A stretch of DNA of 64,000 nt from Botryllus schlosseri (taxonomy: Eukaryota). Each line of letters opens with the position of its first letter. Positions within the stretch are counted from its first letter, which is position 1. This document shows, one piece after another, positions 42,001-54,000 of the stretch. Location of the stretch: contig CM119371.1 of the NCBI GenBank assembly GCA_051294905.1, forward strand, positions 25,546,001 to 25,610,000, read 5' to 3'. Below the pieces are notes generated by a model. That model was not told the DNA's origin and searched no databases. It saw only the letters and a program-made list of their open reading frames with translations. Position numbers and translations under genes: made by a program.

Positions 42001-45000
42001 TTGAAATAAATGCTCTGAGTTGTTAAAATTGGGCATTGAGCTAGATTCCATATCTTTTGAATATCGGCTGAATATATCGGGGTTATCGGTGGAGGTACTG
42101 GATATCGGTCTTATCGGTATCGGCTCAGAAATCTAATATCGGTCGGGCTCTACTTGTGACACATGTATTTTGCATGAGATGAACAGATAAATGATGGGGT
42201 TAGAGCTGTGCGTTAGGGTGAAAAATGGTAAACTAACACTGAATCAATTACAAAGCCATGAATTTCGACATGTTTACGGGGAGCCGGATTGTTGATGATC
42301 AGGTTGAGTGAATAATAAAGTAGACTATAAACCCCAGTATGCTATATAACAAATTTCTATGCACTGCGCAGACTCACAGAGATGTAAGCGGGCATATATG
42401 TGAGTTCGGACACGTGCAATTGGCATGTGCATGTCATTACTTTATTAACAAGTTCTTGTTAATGTTCTTTCAAGATTACTGCATCACTCCAATCTCTGCA
42501 TGCATAATTGTATATGCTCAAAACTGCTTGCATCTCTGATGTGGTGCATACGAACTATAGCATACGATTGTGATTCTGCTCTAGAATTGTATCTAACATT
42601 CAAATGACTGCTCAGCTGAGCTTCTGATTACCAACCTTTTTCTGTACTTGCAATGAACCCACCAAACTGCGGAAAAGAAACTCTTTCTGTGTCCAACTCA
42701 GAGTCTGGTAATATTGTATTGAATTGAGCGGGCTCCATTGCAAGCAGCTGGAAATGGAATTGCACTATTTAAAATGAGAAACTAGACTAGCAATTTTCAG
42801 AAGGAACCCCCGACACATCGAAGGGAAGTTGGCCTACAAACCATATTTGAAATTGGAGATAAATCGTGATCCTTGAAAGGCCCACCTCCAGTCTTGAAAT
42901 TTTCTTTATTGATATACGTCATTTGTTTGGCTGCCTTTGTCTTCATGTTTTTGTATAGAACTCGGAGCTTCGTCCAATCACTGACATTTCTTGTATTTCT
43001 ATCGATATTGAAGTCCATTTGAATTTTTTTTCCAAGCTGACTCCTTGACATTGCATATGGATCGAGCGGTCGATCTATCCAGTAAAATCGGTGTCTTGGC
43101 CACCAAATTGACCAATAATTCCTTTTCATATTCTGAATAGTTGGTTCTCTTTTCTCCCCTCTTCTCAGAATCCATATTCGATAAGATTGCGTGTATGACT
43201 CTAAACCAGTGGTTCTTAACCTTTTGTCCTTCAGCGCCCCCTTTCAAAAATTATCGTGCTCCAGCGCTCCCCCCCCCCCAACCTCATATTGTAAGGAATG
43301 TAATAAAGATAATGAGAAAGACGGAGGGCCGTAACAGCACTTCGCCAACCCTCTAAAAACGACTGCCTTGCGCACCCATAGCGTGATAAACCAAACTTCT
43401 GAGGGCTTCGCCCACAAGAGCCCCGTAGCGTGATGTCGATGGTCAGCAAAGTTTGTGTGACCTGGTCGCCCTAGGTACCAAAATTTTCTATAATGCATGA
43501 ATGAATAGGTGGTAGTTACATATATAAGCCGCTATAAATTTTTTATCCTCTCAGCCAACGAAATCAGATTTACCAGTAGCGCTGATCGAGCTGTTGTATG
43601 GGAAAATAAAGGGCACGTAATTAATAATTAAACGTATTCGGGCTTGCCCGTAGGTACAATTAGTTCGTTACCAGGGACGTAACAGCACTTCGTCAGCCCC
43701 CCCTCCAAAAAATAAAAATAAACGTTGGTCTTGGGCCCCCATCGGGTGATAAATCAAACTTCCGGGGGGCTTCGCCCCCAGACCCCCATTCTGTTATCCG
43801 CTATTTGCTGATACTAGTCATCTACATTGGGTGTCCACTGTCCATTTACTGAGCCAGCTATGCTCATAGACGCGTGAAGCGCGAAAAGTTTCAATAATTA
43901 ATGATTGAATTGGTCAATATAATCGGGAATTGCATGTATATTGATATCACTTTTTATGCTCTCTCTTCTCACGTAAACAAATTTACCTGTAGAGCTGAGT
44001 GATGTGTGATTGAAAAGGTAGGTCCCCTCAATAATAATTATACATCTCCGGGCGTATACCCGTTGGCAGGACCGAAACGGCATTTCGTCAGGCCCGCCGA
44101 AAAAACTTGGGTCTTAGGCTCCCATAGGGTGATAAACCGACCGCCCCCCATCACGTTGGTCGCTTTTGCCACGAAATCAGCTGTACTGTTTAGCGAGCCA
44201 GTGCGAAGCGCGAAAACTTATGATAATTCATGATAAAATCGGTCAGTAAGATCGTTAATTGCATATATATTGCTATCAATTCCTTGTCCTCTCTGCTCAC
44301 GTTACCAGATTTACCGGGAGAGCAGAGTGAGGTGCAATGTTTGCTCTAAGTTGCGCAGGTGCGCAGTGCTGACACGGTCTCTGCGCACAGAAAATCTACG
44401 TTGCGCACAACAAATCCGATGTTATGAAATTTTTGTAGTCGTTACGCACTGTTGTCCAAGGGTCTACGCAGTGAGTTGAAGAGTGTGCGCAGACTCATCA
44501 AAACGTAGAGCGAACATTGTGAGGTGTCTTCGAAACTGTAGGGCCCGTAACTAATAATTAAACATATTTGGGCGGGCGAACCCGTTGGTATGACTTCATT
44601 GCATGATGTTATTTCGTGACCTCCTGTCTGCTATATATCAAAAAATATAGAATCGCCCATCAGGGTTATCGCCCGACAGGAATATCTAGTTTTAGATATC
44701 CCTGTCGCCCAATCGTAGTAAACTAAAAGACGCACACGATTTCAAATTGGTATTTCTTCACTGGCATACAATTTTTCCCCGCCAGATGGAATTCCTCTTC
44801 TTGGGTTCAGATTGCCAAGACAGGAACATTCGGTGCCAGTCATTTAGGCACCCATGGACAATTAAACCTATATGTATTTTATAGGCTATCAGGGGCGGGC
44901 AACTTCTCCAATCTGCGGGCCGGATATACGAAAATTAGGTACTTGGCGGGCCGGATTGCTGAATCGATACATTATTCGCCATTTATCCACATATACAAGG

Positions 45001-48000
45001 AATACATCGTATTTAATGTGAATGTATTTTAACGACAGCAATGTCACTTCAAAGCCATTTCTCGCCGATAACGACGAAGACAATGTGGATTTGATAACAG
45101 CATTGTCATAGAGGCGCCGCCATGTCTGCTTCTATCTGATCAATCAACACCAATGGATGCGGGTTCGAGTCCGACCGAGGTCGACATCTGAATTCCGATA
45201 TCTAAGTGTTGGAGGTTTACCTAGGTTCCTCCTCGCCACCTCATCCGCGTCAGCGGTGTCTTACAAAAAGCCTAGAGGTGGGCTGTGCTATATGTCGGCA
45301 GCTACGGAAAATAAGAAGATTATCGGCCTGGTGTAAATGACCAGTCGACAAACACCATGAATACCCCAAAACAAACAAACAAACCAGGGATATCTAGAAC
45401 TAGGTTTAGATATCCCTGAGCAACACGCGGTGCAATCCCTAATTAAGATTTCAAGGCGTTCGGAAACCCCGGTACGCCTAATTTACCAAGATATCAATTC
45501 ATTAGGGTTGAGTAGGTGACGAGATAGCGTCGTTGTTCAACTGTGTGTCCTGATTAATCTCGATATTGAATTCATGCGGTCCACGTCCTCTACGAAATTT
45601 GAAAAGTGGCCCGCGATTTCTTTTGAGTTGGCGGTCCCTGGTATAAACGGTGTCTCATTAGGGTTACCATACGACCTCTTTTTTGAGATTTTGTCCACTT
45701 TTTTGAGATATTGGTTAAATATATGGCAAAATCGACTGAGATACAGTAAATTAACACTGAAGTAACGCTCCAGCGGCTATTTCGGGAGATGAGCCGGAAA
45801 ATTTATCTTTTTTTAGTCAACCAACTGATAATGTGAAAGGAAAAACTGTATTTTGGGCGCTGAGCGAGAAAATTGACCTTTCTTATTTTTAGTCAACCGA
45901 CCACGAAGTGGGAAAAATTTAAAAATTTTTCAGAATTTTCCTCCGGTTTTGCAAGTCTGAAAATTTTATAAAATTGTCCTTTTTTATATTTCCAAAATAT
46001 CGTAACCCTACGTCTCACAAAAGCCTAGAAGTGGGCCGTGGTACAAATCGGCGGTTACAGAATGAAAAATACGAAATATCAGCCTGGTGTAAATGACCAT
46101 TGTAGTCGACAAACACCATGATTACCACAGACTACATCAGGGTTGAGTACATCGTAAACGCCGATAATGCAAGTCTTTTCGCTTCGACGAACTTACACGT
46201 TAGCTCCACTCTCGCACGCTGCGCATACACGTGTATCATAACATACAGTCACTTAAATTTGACGTAATAGGCAAGTTGTGGGAAATCTCGGCAGACTGGG
46301 GCCGCGGGCCACATTATCATGTAAGACGGAAAACTCTCTGCGGGCCGGACAAAATCCCTTCGCGGGCCATATGTTGCCCGCCCCTGGGCTATATATAACG
46401 AAGATTTCGGTTTTAATTTGCTCTGAATACTCATTAAGGAAATGTCCTACCACCACATCATCTACTGCGAAGCCATTTTTCTCCAGCGCCCCCGAGCCCA
46501 GCGCCCCCCATTTTCCCTGAGCCTTTCCGCCCCCTTCAAAATCGCCAGCGCCCTAGGGTTGCATCCAGGGTTGAATTTAGAACATATACCAATTTAAAAC
46601 AAAAAAGTTTAAAACAAGGCCATTGTTTGAAACATGTTTTTATTCTTTTTCTGTTGTTGTTGTTGTTGTTTATTTTAGGCCATGACGTCACGAATATTCA
46701 ATTGTGAAGTCATAGTGGATTACCATTGACAATTGAAAGTATAGGGCAGTGGTTCTCAACCTTTTTGGCTTCGCGGACCCCTTTTGACCGTCTCGGACCC
46801 CCGCGGACCCCCTTAAGTTTTAGTTCAATTTTAGCTCTATTATGATGCAACCTTCGTCTGTCTTGTGAGTAGTGTAGTAGATCGGTCGTGGTGTGCGCTT
46901 TTTTGCATGGGGTAGTATAGGCGGGGTCGCGAGCGGGGGTGGCGAGCGGCTCTTATGTCTTATGGCGGGGGTGGCGAGCGGCTATTGCGTCTTATGGCGG
47001 GGGTGGCAAGCGGCTCTTATGTCTTATGGCGGGGGTCGCAAGCGGCTGGGAAACCGGGGGTGGCAAGCGGCTATTATGTCTTATGGCGGGGGTGGCAAGC
47101 GGCTATTGTGTCTTGTGGTCGCACGGTAACCCTATTCAGCATAGGGATCGGTCGCACGCGGCTTCATTGTTGACATGTCGTACTTTCGGGTATAAACATC
47201 TCTCGTGTGGTGGCTTATGGTTGCGTTGGCATGTCGTACTTCGTGTTGAATATGTATCAAGTAAATAGTCATGTGAATGAACCTCTGTCATGTATTCTTA
47301 CGGGATCTCTGGTGACCTGCCATTGTTTCTTATGGGATCTCTGGTGACCCCACCCTTTCAGGTATAGGGCTCGCTCATGACCTGCCGTGAAAACTCGTGT
47401 TGGTGACTCCACCCTTTTCGAGTCCCTATCGCTGATGACCTGCCGTCTCGTCGGTGACCCCACCCTTTCGGTATAGGCTGCGTTGGTGAGTCGTATTTTC
47501 AGGTATAGGCGGCGTTGGTGAGTCGTATTTTCAGGTATAGGCTCCGGTCGCATGATAGCGTTACAGAGATAGGGATCGGTCGTATGCTAACGTTTTCGGG
47601 TGTAGGCTGCGCTGACATGTCGTACTTTCGGGTATAGGTATCTCTCGTGTGGTGTCTTATGGCTGCGGTGACAAGTCGTACTTTCAGGTATTTAGTTTGC
47701 CACAGAGCCGGCGTAGACGGTGATTCAAATACCAACAATAGCCGCGTTCACATACTAACACTTCAAAAAGGTGTGAAATATTTGTAAAATCCTACGATCG
47801 CCCACAAGATAACACCTCAGACATGGTCATCTTTCACGACTTGGTGTCATAACCATACCGATCGCTCACGCGGTGAAATTTTAGTAATCAGTTTGTCACA
47901 GAACTTGATTTCGCTGGTAAGATTTAATAAGTAACGACTAACAGAACCGCCGGTGTCGGTAACTTGAATAGCAACAAATTGTCACTTATTTCAGTCCTAA

Positions 48001-51000
48001 CCCTAATCCTTTGTGCAGTTACCGCATACTCAAATAGGTGTGAAATAATTGTAAAATCATACGTTCACTGACAAGGGTAACGAATAACAGAACCACAACG
48101 GCGGCGACTTGAATACTATCAAATTGTCAATTGCTGGTATAACTCGAATCTTTTTAAGAGTATAATCCTTTTGAAACTGAATATTACTTGACTTGACCAA
48201 CTTTCAACTCCGTTTCCGGATCATTCAAACATTCCACGCCGCTGTTTTAACACTTATAGAATCAATACCAACTATCTCTAACCCGATAATATTCAATCAT
48301 TTTGGTAGTTTGCCAACTTTAAATCCGTTCGTCAGATGTACTACAGGTAACTGAGATAATCAAAAACGAAATATTTTGACTTTGACACAGTATCGAAATG
48401 AAACTCACTACACAAATCAAGTTGATTCGTATCTGAATGTGTTGATTCGGCACAACCATTATCCTCTGAGAAATCTTTTTAACGTAATCTTTTGAATCGA
48501 ACGTAACCTGAATATTACCGACGCCGACTTTCAGCCACATCGAATTATTCACACATTCCACGCCGCTCTTTTCACACCTATATAATCAATACCAACTAGC
48601 TGTATGAGAATCAAGAATCACAAGTATGCGCATATAGTAATTGTATTCATTATTGAGAAATCAAACGCTTAATAAAAACACGCAACTTATCATTTGCCAA
48701 CTCTAACATTACCAAAAAATCAGGTGGGTCTATTATTGATTGAAAATCCTTGAGTCCTTATTATCAAAAATGTTATAGTGCGGCGTCGGAATCCATTCGC
48801 GGGGTGTACTGAAGGTAAATTCAGATAATCCGAAATGAAATATCTCGACTTTGACATAGTCTGAATTGAAATAGATTGACAAACATAACTACCAACTTTC
48901 ACCCAGTCACATTTCGAAATTATACGCATATTGATTTGAAACAAGTAATGACATATTACAACTATATTCGCGATCGAACTTTCCGTTTGGCGAAGATAGT
49001 TTCAGAAATACTATCACTATAATATCTCAACATTTTAACATCTTGCCATACACAAAAGAGTAAAATACAAAAACCTTGTCAAGTCAATCCGTTTGTAACT
49101 TACCCAACCAACTCAACAGTATCCTTATGAAAAGTAGACAAGACTACGCGAGTAATCACCACAATCCAAAATCCATAACAAGTTCGGTTGTATTCATAGT
49201 CCGCCAACTCGTATTTTTTTATTCAACTGTAAAAGTCGTTACTATTCTGTAACCTAAAGTAATTACTACTCGGTGCGCACAACTTGAGATTAACATATGT
49301 TTTGAGTATATGATATTTGAATGTCTGACCGATGTAGTTAAGAATTCATTTCTTACGATCGAACACCGGTGTTACATTGAAAGTTATCATGTTGTAAACA
49401 TTCTTATTAACACGTTGGTTTGACATACGAGATTTTGTAATAGTTGATCACGACTTGATTAATAAATTATGACGTAATTAGACCGGGGTTGTGTTAAAAC
49501 TTATTACGATACCAACAAACTTTTCAGAAACATTGTTATTAACATATTGATTTGTAAAACTACGCGCGCCTGAAATGTTCTTGATTTGAAAGATATTCCG
49601 TGTTGTTACAAATCACTCTGCGTATTACGGATATCAGAAAATATTTTTACAAATGTAGTTGTTGCCAGTAACCAAGAATAAAGATGACACAACAATTTCG
49701 TTATTCAAACATTGAACACCCGATGCAAAATGCTTTATTGGTCAAATTCGCAACGGGTAATTGAAACGACTAAGTGTAGAGTCAGTATATCACAATGGCA
49801 CGTCGTTACTATTGAATCCAGCAATTGATACGATTTATTGTCGGGATTTGTGACAGCGCATTGAAACATACACAACTTACAGAGTGTGAAAATATCACTT
49901 TGGGTATCGAGTACCGTTTGAAGCGTGCGATCAATACATAATTCCGTTCGCACTCTCTAAGACGTTGTGAAGTCTACAGATTTACACTTCAAGACTTTGA
50001 TCAACACAGAAGCAATTTGGAATATCTTTACTGGACGCATCCTATTCTACTAGACTTGAGTAATACACAAAACTCATAGCATTAACAAAATCGCAATAGG
50101 CGCTACACTGAAATCTACAAAATGTGTTTGTATTGTTGTTAGTGATCATAAATTATCATTTGAATAAGTAATTGTAATCATAAAACCAAACTTGCGAAAG
50201 TCATTACCATAACAAAAGAATATTGTAGGTTGCTTGCTAAATGTTTGCCGGAAATATTTGTAGAACGCTCACGACCAAAGAAATCGGAAATCCCCCCCCC
50301 CCATTGTCATTCGTCAAAGTATATGTTGTCACAATACTCATCCCGTAAAAGATCTTACCAACCATCGTCGAGGAGGTGTTTTATTCAGACATTTTGACTC
50401 TGGAAAATCCAAAGCACGAACCCGGACATCACAGAACTATCGAAGCCTATTGTCCAATTTTCCAAAACATGCATTTCGGTGTACAAGAGCATATTGTATG
50501 TGGTTAACCGATGATATTGATGTGATACGACTAGTGGGGGTATACTCTGAAACCGGTAGTCCGTGTATATTTCCGTCACTGTTCGTTGTAATCTATTTCA
50601 AACTATCGTCAATACAACAAATACCAAATTGTCAGGTGTGTTAGTCAGATTTCAAAATGAAAATGGTTTTGTTACTCTAGGAAAAGCTAGATGACCAAGA
50701 GAAAATGTATTGTTACACTGGGTAAACGCCAGATCTCCAAAGGAAAATGATATTTTTACTCAGGTAAACGACGACCCACCAAGTGAAAATGGTTTGTTGC
50801 TCAAGGAAAAAATATATTTCCAAGTGAAAATGGTTTGTTGCTCAGGGAAAAAATATATTTCCAAGTGAAAAAGGTTTGTTACCCAGTGAAAAAATATATT
50901 TCCAAGTGAAAAAGGTTTGTTACCCAGAGAAAAAATAGATTTCCAAGTGAAAACGGTATTGGTATTCAGGTAAATGATAGTTTTCCAAACGAAAAGGGTT

Positions 51001-54000
51001 TGTTACCCAGGGAGAAAATATATTTTCAAAAGAAAATGATTAGTTACTCTAGGTAAAAGTATTTTTCCATGTGCAAATAGTTTTTTGCTGTAGGAAAAAA
51101 ATAGATTTGTAAACGACAAGGGTTTGTTACTCTAGGAAAGGATAGATCGCCAAGTGAAAACGATAATTTTACACAGGTAAACGTCAGTTGTCCAAACCAG
51201 TATGGTATTTTTGACTTGGGTAGGTATCTTGTGTTCAACGCTGGTAGTGTGATTGGTCTTGTTAAACGCAGTTTCCGAGTTGTACAATATACTTTTCGTG
51301 CTTATACAATTACGAAGGGGGCGGAAAATGAAATTGCTATTATGATCGTCAGAAGATTGTTGTATGTTGATTTGATTTGTCGGAGTAGCAAACCTATCAT
51401 TCGCATATGACAAGCAAAATCATTACTGCGAATACATGTAACTAACTTGTTCGGTCTCTATCAACGCAAAAGAGATGATTCGTTTTTGAAACCGTAGCGA
51501 AGACCACATGTAAATCTATGCGATAGACTTCTATTTCCTTACATTCAGTCGTGTCGTGTCCATTTTAATACGGGGGCCCACAGGTATGACATGCACACAC
51601 TAACACCGTGAACAGAAATCGATGATTTTGATTAATAAAAATATTTCTTGACTACATCGGAATGTCTATGTTGTAGAAAGTAAATACTTTTATGGTGTTG
51701 TGTGTTTAATGAAGGCGATTGGTTACAAGTATGTTTTGGGAAAATAAAATTTATTTATCTGTATGTGGCAGTTTGTGAGGAAATGAAAATAGATCCGTGG
51801 TTTTAATTGGTTTGTGACTGTGTTGTTTTAATGTACAGGTAGACTTGACACTGAACAACAATTCGACTCACAAAAAATGTTTGTTGTATGATTTGTCACT
51901 GGTGCGCAAAGCGTTAGGAATATTTTTGTATGATAATATCTTCTAGCTTTTTTGTTGTGAGGGCAATCATACGACGACTCAGAACTTTTCGTTAGCAAAG
52001 TAGATTGATCGATATGAAAGATGTAAGGACCGTGACTAGAAATATGTGTACTTTGTTGTTGGAGTAGCTGATTTACTGCTATGGCATTGACATAACCCGC
52101 TGGAAGTGAGTATGCTTTTCTTTCACGAAAGTTTACGTGGCTCCGTTGTAATAAATTTGTGTTAACTAAACTCGGATGGATACCACAATTGTGCTGGACT
52201 TACACATGGTATTCGTATACTGTACACATACAAACTTTTGTGTAAACAACTCTGGTGTTTCTGTTAATACTAGTTCTGTGTTGAACTACTTGATTATTAA
52301 GATACATGAACAACCATTCAGACAATAAAGTTCTTGAGGTATCGAAACAGTTTGAAAGCACCACCAATCATTGTACAGGTTTGTAGCATGGGAATATCGA
52401 TTATTTTCGTTTACCATGAATATATTTCATATACCTTTGGTAAGAAATGAGTTGCGTGGGGTAATCATAAACAACCTACAAAAGTTAAACTTGTAGCGTT
52501 TGATTGCCTACTTTTTTATCATTGTTTGTTGTTAAAAGACGACTGAGTTTACATTTACACATAGTAAGTGGAGAAACTCAAGTAATAAATTTTACTCGGT
52601 TGAAAATATCGATCAATGGAGTAACAGTATCAATATGAGTGGTATATTATTTTTCGCGATATGCAACAAACCTTCTAAGTAAACTTGTCAAAAATTTATC
52701 ATGTCATAGTCGGTTGTTATGAAATCGAAACAAAAGTACTTTGATTATCACGACAAAGGGAGTTGAGATGAATGCAGTATTTCGGAAGTGAATGTGTATC
52801 GTTTGGTATGTTCAGCAATCACTAAATGACCAAAATATCAAACTGTGCATACAACTCGGTTAGTTAAACGATAGAGTTACAAGTCGGATGTAATCTCGAT
52901 TTACAGATGACAGCTTGATGATGTAAAGCTCAACCACTCAAATGTGTTCATTGCAAAGTATTTGACACAAACAAAATATCGAACGAAGACCCAACACTGG
53001 GTTTCATTACCGGGTGAGTGAAAATTGTTTCCTGTTGGCTAGGTATGATTTGCATTTAGAAAAAACGATCTACGCCGATTAAGCGACACTGTTTAATATC
53101 CGATGAGTGAGTGAAATTTCTTAGGGTTTGATTTAGCGTGTTAATTACCGGCGATTCAATGACATACAAGTAAGATCTTTTACGGGATGAGTATTGTGAC
53201 AACATATACTTTGACGAATGACAATGGGGGGGGGGGGGAATTTCCGATTTCTTTGGTCGTGAGCGTTCTACAAATATTTCCGGCAAACATTTAGCAAGCA
53301 ACCTACAATATTCTTTTGTTATGGTAATGACTTTCGCAAGTTTGGTTTTATGATTACAATTACTTATTCAAATGATAATTTATGATCACTAACAACAATA
53401 CAAACACATTTTGTAGATTTCAGTGTAGCGCCTATTGCGATTTTGTTAATGCTATGAGTTTTGTGTATTACTCAAGTCTAGTAGAATAGGATGCGTCCAG
53501 TAAAGATATTCCAAATTGCTTCTGTGTTGATCAAAGTCTTGAAGTGTAAATCTGTAGACTTCACAACGTCTTAGAGAGTGCGAACGGAATTATGTATTGA
53601 TCGCACGCTTCAAACGGTACTCGATACCCAAAGTGATATTTTCACACTCTGTAAGTTGTGTATGTTTCAATGCGCTGTCACAAATCCCGACAATAAATCG
53701 TATCAATTGCTGGATTCAATAGTAACGACGTGCCATTGTGATATACTGACTCTACACTTAGTCGTTTCAATTACCCGTTGCGAATTTGACCAATAAAGCA
53801 TTTTGCATCGGGTGTTCAATGTTTGAATAACGAAATTGTTGTGTCATCTTTATTCTTGGTTACTGGCAACAACTACATTTGTAAAAATATTTTCTGATAT
53901 CCGTAATACGCAGAGTGATTTGTACCAACACGGAATATCTTTCAAATCAAGAACATTTCAGGCGCGCGTAGTTTTACAAATCAATATGTTAATAACAATG

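Noticed and set aside
45205..45260. HDV-like ribozyme suggested by CCTCCTCGC
   Set aside because: The flanking bases cannot form the P3 and P1 pairings.
46893..47738. Gly/Arg-rich ORFs here and their mirror images at 55795-56742
   Set aside because: They are by-products of 33-bp tandem repeats that stay open in several frames, with no recognisable domain.
47996..48010. Telomeric repeat (CCTAACCCTAA)
   Set aside because: Fewer than two full units, which is expected by chance.
48319..49953. Short ORFs conserved in both Polinton arms as genes
   Set aside because: Their conservation only reflects arm identity; they have non-ATG starts, are 80 aa or shorter, and show no motifs.
50655..51230. 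Regularly spaced repeats as a CRISPR array
   Set aside because: Units are contiguous tandem copies with no unique spacers, there are no cas genes, and the context is eukaryotic.
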